A DNA stretch of 64,000 bases from an uncultured Alphaproteobacteria bacterium (GCA_963807085.1 CAWEBB010000032.1:38146-102145), one strand, 5' to 3'; shown: positions 35,236 to 46,928, counted from the stretch's first letter. Notes: a model not told the origin generated them from the letters alone. Numbers and translations are program-made.

Positions 35236-37983
35236 ATGATCGGCGCGCTTGCCAAGCGAATCTTTGGAACTGCCAATGACCGGACGCTGAAGCGCCTGGA
35301 CACGAATATCGCCGCAATCAACGCATTGGAGCCGGAGACCGAGGCGCTGGACGATGCGGCGCTGCGGGCGCGCACTGACACGTTCCGCAAACGGCTGGCG
35401 GATGGCGAGACGGTCGACGATCTGCTGGTTGAAGCCTTTGCGACGGTTCGGGAAGCCGCCAAGCGCACGCTCGGGCAGCGTCATTTCGACGTGCAGTTGA
35501 GCGGCGGCATGGTGCTGCATCAGGGCAAGATCGCCGAGATGAAAACCGGCGAAGGCAAGACCCTGGTTGCCACACTGGCGGTCTACCTGAACGCACTTTC
35601 CGGGCGCGGCGTCCATGTGGTGACCGTCAATGACTACCTGGCCAAGCGCGATGCCGCCTGGATGGGACAGATTTACGAATTTTTGGGCCTGTCGGTCGGC
35701 TGCATCGTGCATGGCCTCGACGACACTGCCCGCCGGCAGCAATACGCGTGCGATGTCACGTATGGCACCAACAACGAATTCGGCTTCGACTATCTGCGCG
35801 ACAACATGAAGTTCCAACTGGAGGAAATGGTTCAGCGGGAATTCAACTTCGCCATTGTCGATGAAGTGGATTCGATCCTGATCGACGAAGCGCGGACGCC
35901 GCTGATTATCTCCGGCCCCGCGGAAACCTCGTCGGACCTTTATGTCCGCATCGACGCCTTCATGCCCAGCCTCCAGCCGGAGCACTATGAGAAAGACGAG
36001 AAAGCCCGCGCCACTACCCTGACCGATGCGGGCGTCGAGCATATGGAGCAGGTGATGCAGGACGCGGGCCTGATCACCGACGGCACGCTCTACGACATCA
36101 CGAACATTTCCATTCTGCACCACATCAACCAGGCCTTGCGGGCGCACGTGCTGTTCGAACGCGACCGGGACTACATGGTGCGGGACGGCAAGGTGATCAT
36201 CATCGACGAGTTCACCGGCCGGGCAATGGAAGGCCGCCGCTATTCCGAGGGTCTGCACCAGGCGCTGGAGGCGAAGGAGGGCGTCGAGGTTCAGCTTGAA
36301 AACCAGACGCTCGCGTCGATTACCTTCCAGAATTATTTCCGCGCCTATAAAAAACTGGCCGGCATGACTGGAACCGCCATGACGGAGGCGGGCGAGTTCG
36401 ACGAAATCTACGGTCTGGAAGTGGTCGACATTCCCACCAACGTCCCGGTCTCCCGCAAGGACCAGGACGACGAAGTCTACCGCACCTTCCGGGAAAAGAA
36501 CGAAGCGATCCTGGACGAGATCGCCGCTTGTCACGAGCGCCGGCAGCCGGTGCTGGTGGGGACGATCTCAATCGAGAAGTCGGAAGAGCTCTCCACCCTG
36601 CTCAAGGCGAAAAAGGTTCCGCACCAGGTGCTGAACGCCCGTTACCACGAACAGGAAGCGATGATCATCGCCCAGGCGGGCAAGCCGGGCGGAGTGACCA
36701 TCGCCACCAACATGGCCGGCCGCGGCACCGATATTCAGCTTGGCGGCAACGCCGAAATGATGGCGGCGGAACGCTGCCAGTCGATCACGGACGAAAGCGA
36801 GCGCGAGCGTGTCTTCGCCGAAGTACAGGCCGAAGTGGACCGGGACAAGGAGATCGTGAAGCAGGCAGGCGGCCTTTACGTCATCGGTACGGAACGCCAC
36901 GAAAGCCGGCGCATCGACAACCAGCTGCGCGGCCGTTCCGGCCGCCAGGGCGATCCGGGCGGCTCGAAGTTCTTTGTCTCCCTCGAAGACGACCTGATGC
37001 GCATTTTCGGGTCGGAGCGCATGGACGGCGTGTTGCGTCGCCTCGGCCTGAAGGAAGGCGAGGCCATAGTCCATTCCTGGATCAACAAGGCGCTAGAAAA
37101 AGCCCAGCAGAAGGTCGAAGCCCGCAACTTCGAAATCCGCAAGAACCTGTTGCGTTATGACGACGTGATGAACGACCAGCGCCGGGTAATCTACGATCAG
37201 CGGCGCGAGATCATGCGCGCGGAGGACGTGCAGGAAACTGTCGTCGACATGCGTGAGCAGGTGCTGGACGGTCTCGTCGCCACCCATATGCCCGAAAAAG
37301 CGCTGCCGGATCAGTGGAATACCACCGGGTTGCACGAAGAAATGCTGCGGATTTTCGGGCTGGACCTGCCCGTTCAAGCGTGGGCCGAGGAAGAGGGCAT
37401 CGCCGACGAGGAAATGCACGCCCGTCTTTCCAAGGCCGTTGAGCAGAAGATGGCGGAAAAGGCTGCCAACTGGGGTCCGGAACTGATGCGGATGGCGGAA
37501 AAAAGCGTCCTGCTTCAGTTGCTCGACCAGTTCTGGAAAGACCACCTGTTGCAGCTCGACCATCTGCGCCAGGGCATCGGCCTTCGGGCATATGCGCAGC
37601 GTGATCCGCTGAACGAGTACAAGTCGGAGGCCTTTGGCCTGTTCGAATCGATGCTGACACGGCTGCGCGAGTCGGTGACGGGGGCGCTGTCCCATCTGGA
37701 ACTGCGGATGGAGGCGCCGGTCGGCATGCCGCAAACCCCGGATGACAGCCAGTGGCAGGAACAGCACGACGAGATGTCGGCATTGGCTGCCGACGAAGGC
37801 GAACTGACGGATGCAGAGGCCGGCGCGGCCACCGCGTCGCTGCCGCGGCCGGTTCGCACGGCGGCAGCGGCCGCCACCATCGATCCGGCCGATCGCTCCA
37901 CCTGGGGCAAGGTTCCGCGCAATGCGCCTTGCCCGTGCGGTTCGGGGAAAAAGTACAAGCACTGTCACGGCGCCCATGTTTGA
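35236..37983 (+). CDS. secA: Preprotein translocase ATPase SecA
   Basis: Full 915 aa, including the C-terminal [14 protein letters not shown] zinc motif. The ORF is intact. Confidence 0.95.
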   Translation: MIGALAKRIFGTANDRTLKRLDTNIAAINALEPETEALDDAALRARTDTFRKRLADGETVDDLLVEAFATVREAAKRTLGQRHFDVQLSGGMVLHQGKIAEMKTGEGKTLVATLAVYLNALSGRGVHVVTVNDYLAKRDAAWMGQIYEFLGLSVGCIVHGLDDTARRQQYACDVTYGTNNEFGFDYLRDNMKFQLEEMVQREFNFAIVDEVDSILIDEARTPLIISGPAETSSDLYVRIDAFMPSLQPEHYEKDEKARATTLTDAGVEHMEQVMQDAGLITDGTLYDITNISILHHINQALRAHVLFERDRDYMVRDGKVIIIDEFTGRAMEGRRYSEGLHQALEAKEGVEVQLENQTLASITFQNYFRAYKKLAGMTGTAMTEAGEFDEIYGLEVVDIPTNVPVSRKDQDDEVYRTFREKNEAILDEIAACHERRQPVLVGTISIEKSEELSTLLKAKKVPHQVLNARYHEQEAMIIAQAGKPGGVTIATNMAGRGTDIQLGGNAEMMAAERCQSITDESERERVFAEVQAEVDRDKEIVKQAGGLYVIGTERHESRRIDNQLRGRSGRQGDPGGSKFFVSLEDDLMRIFGSERMDGVLRRLGLKEGEAIVHSWINKALEKAQQKVEARNFEIRKNLLRYDDVMNDQRRVIYDQRREIMRAEDVQETVVDMREQVLDGLVATHMPEKALPDQWNTTGLHEEMLRIFGLDLPVQAWAEEEGIADEEMHARLSKAVEQKMAEKAANWGPELMRMAEKSVLLQLLDQFWKDHLLQLDHLRQGIGLRAYAQRDPLNEYKSEAFGLFESMLTRLRESVTGALSHLELRMEAPVGMPQTPDDSQWQEQHDEMSALAADEGELTDAEAGAATASLPRPVRTAAAAATIDPADRSTWGKVPRNAPCPCGSGKKYKHCHGAHV

Positions 37984-38072
37984 GCACGGACAACCGCGCG
38001 CGAAATGTGTTTGCGCAAACAGTCGCGGCATGTGTAGACTTTTCGTCTCAACACTGACCGGAGGATCAGCGC

Positions 38073-38249
38073 ATGAAAACCATTGCAACTCTCGCCGCGG
38101 CGGCCTTTGTCTTCGCGGTCGGCAGCGCGTCGGCCTGTGAGTGGAACAAGACGGCAGAACAGTCGGTGCAGTCGCCGGACAATTCGAAAATGGCCTCGGT
38201 GACCGGGCCTCAGACAACCGGATCTCAAACGACACCGGTCAAGAAATAG
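38073..38249 (+). CDS. Small (58 aa) secreted hypothetical protein, not in the ORF track
   Basis: GGAGGA RBS; MKTIATLAAAAFVFAVGSASA signal peptide then CEWNKTAEQS...QTTPVKK*. A strong terminator follows directly. Confidence 0.5.
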   Translation: MKTIATLAAAAFVFAVGSASACEWNKTAEQSVQSPDNSKMASVTGPQTTGSQTTPVKK

Positions 38250-38259
38250 GTCGTACCTA

Positions 38260-38271
38260 ACATTGACGGTG
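38260..38271 (+). repeat. 12-mer acattgacggtg, copy 2 (just after the small secreted-protein gene)
   Basis: Exact match to 35064..35075, same orientation. Confidence 0.5.
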
Positions 38272-38274
38272 AAA

Positions 38275-38313
38275 GGGCCGCTGCGCTGCATGCGCGGCGG
38301 CCCTTTTCTTTTT
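38275..38313. terminator. Rho-independent terminator
   Basis: gggccgctgcgctgcatgcgcggcggccc hairpin followed by ttttcttttt. Confidence 0.7.
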
Positions 38314-38332
38314 GAGCGGCTCGCGTGGCCAC

Positions 38333-39823
38333 TCAGGTCATGTTGAACATCATCGTCTTCTTGCGCGTGAAATGCTCCAGCATGGCTTCGAGTGAGGCCT
38401 CCTTGCCGAGGCCGGAGGATTTCACGCCGCCATAGGAGATGTTCGGCTGTACCACCAGGTTCTGGTTGACCTGCACCAGCCCCGCCTCCAGCCGCCTTGT
38501 CGCGTCCAGCGCCTTTTTCATGTCGTTGGTCCAGACGCTCGCCGCCAGGCCGTATTCCGTGTCATTTGCCTGGGCGATCACGTCCTCATAGTCGGACCAT
38601 TCAATGATGCACGTCACCGGGCCGAATATCTCTTCGCGGCATAGGGTGGCCTCGTTCGGAATGCCGGTAAAGATAATCGGCTGGACGAACAGACCCTCCT
38701 TGGTCTCGGCCTCGGCCAACTGCCCGACCGGATGCGCCTTGGCGCCCGGCATTTTCAGGCCGATATCGATATAGCCCTTCACCTTCTCGTACTGCTCCGG
38801 CGAAATGATGGAGCCGATGTCTGTTTCCTCGCGCATGGGATCGCCGATGCGCATGGCATCAACCTTCGCCTTGAGCTTGTCGACGAAGCTGTCGTGCAGC
38901 TTCTCGTGCACGAAGATCCGGCTGGCGGCGGTGCAGGACTGGCCCTGGCGGGTGAAGCGCATGCCGGTGATTGCGCCGTCCACGGCCTTCTCCAGGTTCG
39001 CGTCCTCCAGCACGATCATTGGTGACTTGCCGCCCAGCTCGAGGGTGACGGGGATTAGCTTCTCCGCCGCGGTCTTATAGACGATGCGTCCGGTCTCGAC
39101 CGAGCCGGTGAAGGTCACCTTGCCCACGTCCCTGTGCGCGACCAGCGGCCCGCCGCATTCCGGGCCGAAGCCGGAAAGGATGTTAAAGATACCTGCCGGC
39201 AGCACCTCACCCAATATCTGAGCGACCCGCATGGCCGTGAACGGCGCTTCTTCAGCCGACTTCACCACCACGCCGTTGCCGGCGACCAGCGCCGGGGCGA
39301 CCTTCAGCGCCATCAGCAGCAGCGGCACGTTCCACGGGATGATGGCGCCGACGACGCCGATGGGCTCGCGGATCGTGACGGTCAGCGAGTCCTGGTTGAA
39401 CGGCACGGTTTCGCCCTTCAATTCGGGCGCGAGGCCGCCAAAGAAGGTGAACACGTCCGCCAGCACGCCGCATTCCACCCGGCATTCCGTGCGGATCGCC
39501 TTGCCGGTCTCCAGCGTCATCAGCCGGGCCAGTTCCTCCACGTGGTCTTGCAGCCGGCGGCCGCATTCGGTGACGAGCTTGCCGCGATCCCTGGCATTCA
39601 TCGCACCCCAGGCCGTTTGCGCTTTTTTGGCGGCGGTGACGGCCTCGTCCACGTCCTGCCTGTCGCCGTTCGCCGCCTGGGCGATGACCTTGCCGTTCGC
39701 AGGGTTGATGACGTCGAACGTGGTGTTGGAGAGCGCCGGCGTCAGGCGGCCGTCGATGAAGTGGTTGGCGGCCAGTTTCTTCAGCAGGGCTTCCGGGTTG
39801 GTGTTGGGGGTGATCGTGGTCAT
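38333..39823 (-). CDS. NAD(P)-dependent aldehyde dehydrogenase
   Basis: ELGGKSP, catalytic ...GQSCTA..., and FTGS..TG motifs. Confidence 0.85.
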   Translation of the reverse strand: MTTITPNTNPEALLKKLAANHFIDGRLTPALSNTTFDVINPANGKVIAQAANGDRQDVDEAVTAAKKAQTAWGAMNARDRGKLVTECGRRLQDHVEELARLMTLETGKAIRTECRVECGVLADVFTFFGGLAPELKGETVPFNQDSLTVTIREPIGVVGAIIPWNVPLLLMALKVAPALVAGNGVVVKSAEEAPFTAMRVAQILGEVLPAGIFNILSGFGPECGGPLVAHRDVGKVTFTGSVETGRIVYKTAAEKLIPVTLELGGKSPMIVLEDANLEKAVDGAITGMRFTRQGQSCTAASRIFVHEKLHDSFVDKLKAKVDAMRIGDPMREETDIGSIISPEQYEKVKGYIDIGLKMPGAKAHPVGQLAEAETKEGLFVQPIIFTGIPNEATLCREEIFGPVTCIIEWSDYEDVIAQANDTEYGLAASVWTNDMKKALDATRRLEAGLVQVNQNLVVQPNISYGGVKSSGLGKEASLEAMLEHFTRKKTMMFNMT

Positions 39824-39886
39824 GAAAGATTTCCTGCTTCGCGCTTCGCCCTCATCCTCCGACCGGATCAAGGTGAAGCAATTGGT

Positions 39887-41260
39887 CTAAGCATACCGCT
39901 GCCGCAGCATCGTGAAGACACCGCGCACCGCCTGTGCCTCGCCGCCTTTCGGGCGTCCTGGCTTCGCGCTGTTGTTCCAGGCCATCATATCGAAATGAGC
40001 CCAGGGAGTGGTCGGGCTGACGAAGTGCTCCATATAGAGCGCCGCGGTGATTGCCCCGGCGAAGCCGCCTTCCGAGACGTTGTTCACGTCGGCCACATCG
40101 CTCTTCAGCAGCTCCTTATAGGGCTGATGCAGCGGCAACCGCCAGACGGGGTCCAAGGTAACCTCGCCCGCGCTCAACATATCGGCGGCAAGGGCGTCAT
40201 CGTTGCAGAAAAGCGCGGGCAGGTCCGTGCCCAGCGCAACGCGGGCGGCACCGGTCAGGGTTGCGCAATCCAACAGGATTTCCGGTCTTTCGGAATCCGC
40301 TTCCGCCAGTGCATCGCAGAGGACTAGGCGGCCTTCCGCATCCGTGTTACCGACCTCGACCGTCAAGCCCTTGCGCGTGCGAATCACATCCAGCGGCCGC
40401 ATGGCGTTGCCGCTGACGCTGTTTTCGACCGCCGGGATCAGCACGCGCAGCCGAACGGGCAGGCCGGTAGCCATGATCATGTGGGCCAGCCCCAGCACGT
40501 TGGCAGCCCCGCCCATATCCTTCTTCATGCGCAGCATGCCGCTTGCCGGTTTCAGGTCCAGGCCGCCCGTATCGAAGCAGACGCCCTTGCCGACCAACGT
40601 GACCTTGGGTGCGCGCTCGTCGCCCCAGCGCAGATCGATCAGCCGGGGCGCGCGTGCGGCGGCCCGGCCGACGGCGTGGATGGTCGGGTAGTTGTTGGCG
40701 AGCAGTTCGTCGCCGACCAGCTCGATCACCTCCGCGCCGAACTGTCTGCCCAGCGCGTGGACCGCGGCGCAAAGTTCTTCCGGACCCATATCGTTGGCCG
40801 GTGTGTTGATCAAATCCCTGGCGAGGCACACGCCGTTGGCGACCGCTTCGGCCACACTACGGTTGGCTGCACCCGGCCACATCAGCCGTGCGGCGGGCGC
40901 TTTGACTTCCTTATACTTCCCAAACGTATAGCCGCCGAGCAGGAAGCCGGTCGCGACGGCCGTCGCCGCCTCTGCGTCCCAGTCGCCCGCCAGCCGGTAA
41001 TCGGCATTTGGCAGCTTCGCCGGCAGGCCGCCCGCGCTCCACAGCGGCTCTTCCATGCCGGCCAGCACGGCCGCGATGGCGCCGTCCCTGCCCGGCAGCA
41101 CGCAGATCTGGCCCGGCTTGGCGGCAAAGTCGGTCGCCTTGGCCCATGCTCGTTCCGTCTCCGGCCGGGCGGCGATCCAGGCTTCCCACTCCTCCGCTTT
41201 CAACAGGTGCAGTGGCACCGCCTGTGGCGCGGAATCGATCAGAAGTGGGTTTATCGGCAT
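39887..41260 (-). CDS. pepA: Leucyl aminopeptidase (M17)
   Basis: NTDAEGRL, VGKGVCFDTGG. Confidence 0.85.
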   Translation of the reverse strand: MPINPLLIDSAPQAVPLHLLKAEEWEAWIAARPETERAWAKATDFAAKPGQICVLPGRDGAIAAVLAGMEEPLWSAGGLPAKLPNADYRLAGDWDAEAATAVATGFLLGGYTFGKYKEVKAPAARLMWPGAANRSVAEAVANGVCLARDLINTPANDMGPEELCAAVHALGRQFGAEVIELVGDELLANNYPTIHAVGRAAARAPRLIDLRWGDERAPKVTLVGKGVCFDTGGLDLKPASGMLRMKKDMGGAANVLGLAHMIMATGLPVRLRVLIPAVENSVSGNAMRPLDVIRTRKGLTVEVGNTDAEGRLVLCDALAEADSERPEILLDCATLTGAARVALGTDLPALFCNDDALAADMLSAGEVTLDPVWRLPLHQPYKELLKSDVADVNNVSEGGFAGAITAALYMEHFVSPTTPWAHFDMMAWNNSAKPGRPKGGEAQAVRGVFTMLRQRYA

Positions 41261-41280
41261 CGGTTTCGTTGCTTCCTGCT

Positions 41281-42051
41281 TTAGGCTACCAGCCGCGAGA
41301 CTTCCAAGACCGCGGCATCGAGCATCGCCAGTTGATCCGGCTCCGAAAGGCGATGGTCACCGCCTTTAACATACGTAATCCGCACATCCGTGCTGGCCAG
41401 CTTTTCCGCCAGCACCAGCGAGTCTTTCCACGGTACTGCATCGTCCTCCAGCCCGTGCAGAATGCGAACCGGCCCGGTGAACGGGTGCCCGTCTCCGCTC
41501 AACACCAGATTGTTCTTGCCGTCGTCCAGCAGCCTTTTCGTGATGATCTGGGGATCGTCGGCGTAGGGCGTCGGCCGGCCCGTATGGCCCTGCGCGGCCA
41601 GTTCCGCGTGCTGCTCGGCTGAAAGCGATTCTTCCATCCGCAGCACGAAATCCGGCGCGGGCGCGATGCCGACCAGGCCCCGCACCCGCTCCGGCAGCAT
41701 TTTTGCCAGCAACAGCATGATCCAGCCGCCCATGGACGAGCCGACCAGCACGTGCGGACCGGTGGTTCGGGCTCCAATGACGGCGGCGGCATCGCCCGCC
41801 CAGTCGGAAAGGCAGGCTTCGGCAAAAACGCCACCCGATTGGCCATGGCCGCGGTAGTCCAGTCTGGTGTATTGCTGGCCCCGTTCCTTGCACGTCGCCT
41901 CCAGATGCAGCGCCTTGCCGCCTTCCATGTCCGACATGAACCCGCCCAGAAACACGACGCCGGGCAGCCGCGCGCCCGCGCCGCGGGGGGCGGTATAATG
42001 AAACGCGATCGGAACGCCGTCGCGGTCCAGAAAATCGGGTTGCCGGTTCAT
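41281..42051 (-). CDS. Alpha/beta-fold hydrolase
   Basis: GSSMGG nucleophile elbow. The start MNRQPDFL was chosen to avoid overlap with the divergent glycosyltransferase. Confidence 0.65.
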   Translation of the reverse strand: MNRQPDFLDRDGVPIAFHYTAPRGAGARLPGVVFLGGFMSDMEGGKALHLEATCKERGQQYTRLDYRGHGQSGGVFAEACLSDWAGDAAAVIGARTTGPHVLVGSSMGGWIMLLLAKMLPERVRGLVGIAPAPDFVLRMEESLSAEQHAELAAQGHTGRPTPYADDPQIITKRLLDDGKNNLVLSGDGHPFTGPVRILHGLEDDAVPWKDSLVLAEKLASTDVRITYVKGGDHRLSEPDQLAMLDAAVLEVSRLVA

Positions 42052-42091
42052 CGGTCTATCCAGAATGGCGGAATGTGCAGCAGAGGACATT

Positions 42092-43289
42092 ATGCCGGAC
42101 CAGTCTAACACCGTCCCCGCGGAGGAAGCCACCGCCCGCTTGCCGCCCGGCGCGACGATCCTGCAGGTGCTGCCGGCCATGGGAAACGGCGGCGTCGAGC
42201 GCGGCACGATCGAGGTGGCCCGGGCAATCGTCCAGGCGGGCGGGCGGGCGCTGGTCGCCTCTGCCGGCGGTCCGAACGTCGCCCGGATCGAGAGGGTGGG
42301 CGCTGAGCACGTCATGTTGCCGCTCGCGAGCAAGAACCCCGCGCGCATCATTGCAAACCGCCGGCGATTGCGACGGCTGATTGCAGAGCGGGACGTGTCG
42401 CTGGTGCACGCCCGCAGCCGTGCGCCGGCGTGGGCCGCCGGGCCGGCGGCGCGACGGGCCGGCGTTCCGTTCGTCACGACCTTTCACGGCACCTACAACG
42501 AAGGCTTCTGGCTCAAAAAGCGGTACAACCGGATCATGGCCTCGGGTGATCGGGTCGTTGCCATTTCCGAGTTTATCGCTGGCCTGATCCGAGAACGCTA
42601 TGGCACGCCGGACGAGCGCTTGCGAGGTGATCCACCGCGGCGCGGACCTGGATGTTTTCCGCCCGTCCGCCGTGGGGCCCGGCCGGTTGCTGGGGCTGCA
42701 GAACGCATGGGGCATTCATGAGTACACACGGGTGATCCTGCTTCCCGGCCGTCTGACCCGCTGGAAGGGGCAGGGGGTGCTGATCGCGGCCTTGCCGGAA
42801 TTGCGGCGGCGGCAGGACATTTCCGACGTGGCGGTGGTGCTTGCGGGCGATGCGGAGGGGCGGACCGACTACGTGGCCGAACTCCGGCGCCAGTGCTGCA
42901 AGCTCGGCCTGTCCGGCGGGCAGGTGGTCTTTGCCGGCCAATGCAACGACATGCCGGCCGCCATCATGCTGGCAGACGTGGTGGTCTCCGCCTCGATCGA
43001 GCCGGAGGCGTTCGGCCGGGTGATGGCGGAGGCCGGGGCTATGGGCAAGCCGGTTGTGGCTTCCGCTATCGGTGCGGCGCACGAAATCGTCGTGGCCGGT
43101 GAAACCGGCTGGCTCGTGCCGCCGGGCGAGCCCAAGGCAATGGCCGATGCGCTGGGCGCCGCCCTCAATTTGCCCGAGGCAAAGCGGGAAATCTTGGCTG
43201 CGCGGGCGATCGAGCGGGTGGCCTCCTCCTTTTCGGTCGAAGCGATGTGCGACAAGACCCTGGCCGTCTACCGCGAACTGATCGGGTAG
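42092..43289 (+). pseudogene. Glycosyltransferase family 1 (LPS-core-type), with a frameshift at about nt 42610
   Basis: N-terminal ...GTPDERL is in one frame and ...VIHRGADLDVF...EAFGRVMAEAGAMGKPVVAS... continues in the next (EX7E region). Confidence 0.7.
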
Positions 43290-43299
43290 GGGCTGGCCG

Positions 43300-44238
43300 G
43301 TGCAGCGCATCCTCATCATCAAGCATTCGGCGCTTGGCGACATGGCGCTGGCGTTCGGGCCGATGCAGGCCATCCGCCGCGCCCATGCCGGCGCTCATCT
43401 CACCTTGCTGACCACCCGCGCGTTTGCCGGCCTCGCCCAGGCATCAGGCATTTTTGACGATGTGTGGATCGACGAGCGGCCAAAGATATGGAGGGTCGCT
43501 GAGGTGCTCTCCCTGCGCCACCGCCTGCGCGAAGGGCGGTTCGAGCGGGTCTATGACCTGCAAACATCGAGCCGGACTGGCTGGTACTTCCGCCTGTTCT
43601 GGCCAGGACCATGGCCCGAGTGGTCCGGCATCGCCAAAGGCTGCTCGCACCCGCATCGCGATCCCGCGCGCGACACCAGGCACGTGGTGGAGGCGCGGGC
43701 CGGCCAGCTCGCCGATACGGGCATCGAGGCAACGCCGCTCTCCGACCTCTCATGGTGGCGGTCGGATATCGCGCATCTGGGCCTGCCTCTGCGCTATGCG
43801 GTGTTGTTGCCAGGCGGGGCGGCGCACCGGCCGGAAAAGCGCTGGCCTGCTGCGTCCTTTGCGGAGACCGCGGTGCGGTTGGCGGCGGCCGGCGTGACGC
43901 CCGTCGTCGTGGGCGCGACGCCCGAGGCCGCCGAAGCCCGCACCATCCAAAACGCATGCGCGGAAGCGATCGGCCTGATCGGCCGGACCTCTTTGTTGGA
44001 GCTTGGCTCCGTCATGCGCGGTGCGGCGCTGGTCGTCGGCAACGACACCGGCCCGATGCACATCGCGGCGCTGGTCGGCACGCCGGTCGTCGTGCTGTTC
44101 GGCAGCGACTCCGATCCCGCCCTGAACCGCCCGCGCGCGCCCGCATCGGCTTGGCCGCCGCGCATATTAAGAGAAAAGAGCTTGACGGACCTGCCTGTGA
44201 GCGCTGTTTGGCGGGAAATCAGCGACATTCTGGGCTGA
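43300..44238 (+). CDS. Glycosyltransferase family 9 (heptosyltransferase-like)
   Basis: [15 protein letters not shown]...[22 protein letters not shown]... Confidence 0.75.
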   Translation: MQRILIIKHSALGDMALAFGPMQAIRRAHAGAHLTLLTTRAFAGLAQASGIFDDVWIDERPKIWRVAEVLSLRHRLREGRFERVYDLQTSSRTGWYFRLFWPGPWPEWSGIAKGCSHPHRDPARDTRHVVEARAGQLADTGIEATPLSDLSWWRSDIAHLGLPLRYAVLLPGGAAHRPEKRWPAASFAETAVRLAAAGVTPVVVGATPEAAEARTIQNACAEAIGLIGRTSLLELGSVMRGAALVVGNDTGPMHIAALVGTPVVVLFGSDSDPALNRPRAPASAWPPRILREKSLTDLPVSAVWREISDILG

Positions 44239-44320
44239 TTTTGGTCGTTTTCCTTGCCCTCCATGCCGCGCTGCACCAAATTACACCTTTTCCTTACCCA
44301 ACCGAAACGGAGCCACTTCA

Positions 44321-46279
44321 ATGCCGGATTCCGCATTGCATCAGGTCACGATTACGCTGCCGGATGGCGCGACTCGCGCCTATGCGGCCGGCACCACCGT
44401 GGCTGATGTTGCCGCGTCTATCTCCAAGAGCCTGGCCAAAAAGGCGATCGCCGCCAAAATCAATGGCAAGGTCCGCGATCTCGCGACGCCGCTCGACCAT
44501 GACGCGAACGTCGCGATTTTGACCCGCGACGACGAGGACGCGCTCGAACTGATCCGGCACGACGCCGCGCATGTGATGGCGGAGGCGGTGCAGGAACTTT
44601 ACCCCGGCACCCAAGTTACGATCGGCCCGGCGATCGAGCACGGCTTCTATTACGACTTCGCCCGCGACGAGCCGTTCACGCCCGAAGACCTCGAAAAGAT
44701 CGAGGCCAAGATGCACGATATCATCAAGCGGGATGAGGCCATAGAGCGCGAGGTTTGGGACCGGGACGAGGCGATCAAGCATTTCGAGGCCATGGGCGAA
44801 GCTTTAAGGCCGAATTGATCCGCGATCTGCCAGAGAGCGAGGACATTTCGATCTATCGCCAGGGCGAGTGGCACGACCTGTGCCGCGGCCCGCACATGCC
44901 GTCCACCGGCCATGTCGGCACGGCGTTCAAGCTGCAGCGGTTGGCGGGCGCCTACTGGCGCGGCGATTCGCAACCGCGCGCAGCTACAGCGCATCTACGG
45001 CACGGCCTGGCGCAACGAAAAGGAACTGAAGGCTTATCTGACCCAGTTGGAGGAGGCCGCGAGGCGCGACCATCGCCGCCTGGGCCGCGAAATGGACCTG
45101 TTCCACCTGCAGGAGGAAGCGGTCGGCAGCGTGTTCTGGCACCCGAAGGGCTGGACGGTGTACCGGCTGTGCGAAGAATACATGCGCCGGCGCCTGGAAG
45201 ACGGCGGCTATGTCGAGGTAAAGACGCCGCAGCTGATCGACCGCGTGCTCTGGGAGCGCTCCGGCCACTGGGAAAAATTCCGCGAGCACATGTTCATCGC
45301 CGAGACCGAGGACGAGCGTGTGCTTGCCGTGAAGCCAATGAATTGCCCCGGCCATGTCCAGATCTTCAATCAGGGCGTGAAGAGTTACCGCGACCTGCCC
45401 CTGCGCATGGCGGAGTTCGGCTCGTGCCACCGCAACGAGTCCTCTGGCTCCATGCACGGCATCATGCGCGTGCGGGCGTTTACCCAGGACGACGCGCATA
45501 TCTTCGCGACGGAAGACCAGATTACGGACGAAACCCGCATCTTTTGCGAGTTGCTGCTGTCGGTCTACAAGGATTTCGGCTTTGAGGACGTGGTGGTCAA
45601 ATTCTCGGACCGGCCGGAAATCCGCGTCGGCGAGGATGCCGTCTGGGACAAGGCCGAAGGCGCGCTGCGCGACGCGATCGAGGCGGTTGGCCTGTCGTAT
45701 ACGATGAACCCGGGCGAAGGCGCCTTCTATGGCCCCAAGCTGGAATTCGTGCTGAAGGATGCCATCGGCCGCGACTGGCAGTGCGGCACGTTCCAGGTGG
45801 ACTTCGTGCTGCCGGAGCGGCTTGATGCCAGCTATGTGGGCGAGGACGGCGAGAAGCATCGCCCGGTCATGCTGCACCGCGCGATCCTCGGCTCGTTCGA
45901 GCGGTTCCTCGGCATCCTGATCGAGAACTATGCCGGCCGCTTCCCGCTCTGGCTGGCGCCGGTGCAGACGGTGGTGGCGACCATCACCAGCGACGCCGAC
46001 GCCTATGCCGGGCAGGTGGCCGCCGCTTGCACCAGGGCCGGCCTGCGCGTTGAGACCGATCTGCGCAACGAAAAGATCAACTACAAAGTGCGCGAGCATT
46101 CGGTGACGAAGGTGCCGACCATGCTGGTCGTCGGCCGGCGGGAGGCCGAGCAGGGAACCGTGGCGCTGCGGCGACTGGGTGGCAAGGACCAGGAAGTGTT
46201 GCCGCTAGACCAGGCGATCGCGTCCCTGGTGGACGAGGGACGCATGCCCGATGGCGGGAAGCCAGACGGAGAAGGTTAG
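44321..46279 (+). pseudogene. thrS: Threonyl-tRNA synthetase, with two frameshifts (about nt 44805 in a T run and about nt 44960)
   Basis: TGS/editing N-terminus, then LIRDLPE...[18 protein letters not shown] in a second frame, then the class-II core and anticodon-binding domain in a third. Confidence 0.9.
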
Positions 46280-46283
46280 GCTG

Positions 46284-46730
46284 ATGGTTGTTAGACGAAC
46301 TGGTACGCCCTGGAAGCCTCCCCGCGAGTATTCGAAGGAGCTGTCCGGGCTGACGGTCAATCTACTGGTGCGGGATATCCCGCGGGCAACCGCGTTCGCG
46401 CGCGAGGTGTTGCGGGCGCGCGTGATCTATGAAGACCCGGACTTTGCGGCCTTGGAGGCGCCGAGGGAAACACGCGGGGCCAAATGGTGCCTGCATGCCG
46501 ACCACACCTATGGCGACCACCCGCTATTCGGGTCGTTGGAGGCCACAGGGGTCCGAGGTATCGGCGCCGAGTTCCGCCTGATGGGACTCAATCCGGATGC
46601 GGCGGAAGCGCGGGCCCGCGCGGGCGGGTATGATGTTCTAGCCGGCTGTCTGGACAAGCCGCACGGGATGCGAGAAGCCTATCTGCTCGACCCGGACGGC
46701 TATTGCTGGGTTCCAGCCGTTGTGTCCTGA
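46284..46730 (+). CDS. VOC (glyoxalase/bleomycin-resistance) family protein
   Basis: Weak family-level resemblance only. Confidence 0.5.
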   Translation: MVVRRTGTPWKPPREYSKELSGLTVNLLVRDIPRATAFAREVLRARVIYEDPDFAALEAPRETRGAKWCLHADHTYGDHPLFGSLEATGVRGIGAEFRLMGLNPDAAEARARAGGYDVLAGCLDKPHGMREAYLLDPDGYCWVPAVVS

Positions 46731-46928
46731 GTCGTGGAAACGGAGCGGTGGAAACGCCCCTTGCGCGGTTTTTATTCTGCGCTAATTTTAGACAGGTAGG
46801 TTTGAGGAGGTTTGCCGCCGGCGCTGAAGGCGGCGGTAGGCTTGGGTTACAACAGAGTCCCGAAGCGGCTTCAGCTTGAAGCGGCAGGACCTAACAAGTG
46901 GAGATGCCTCATAGCAAGAGGAACGAAC

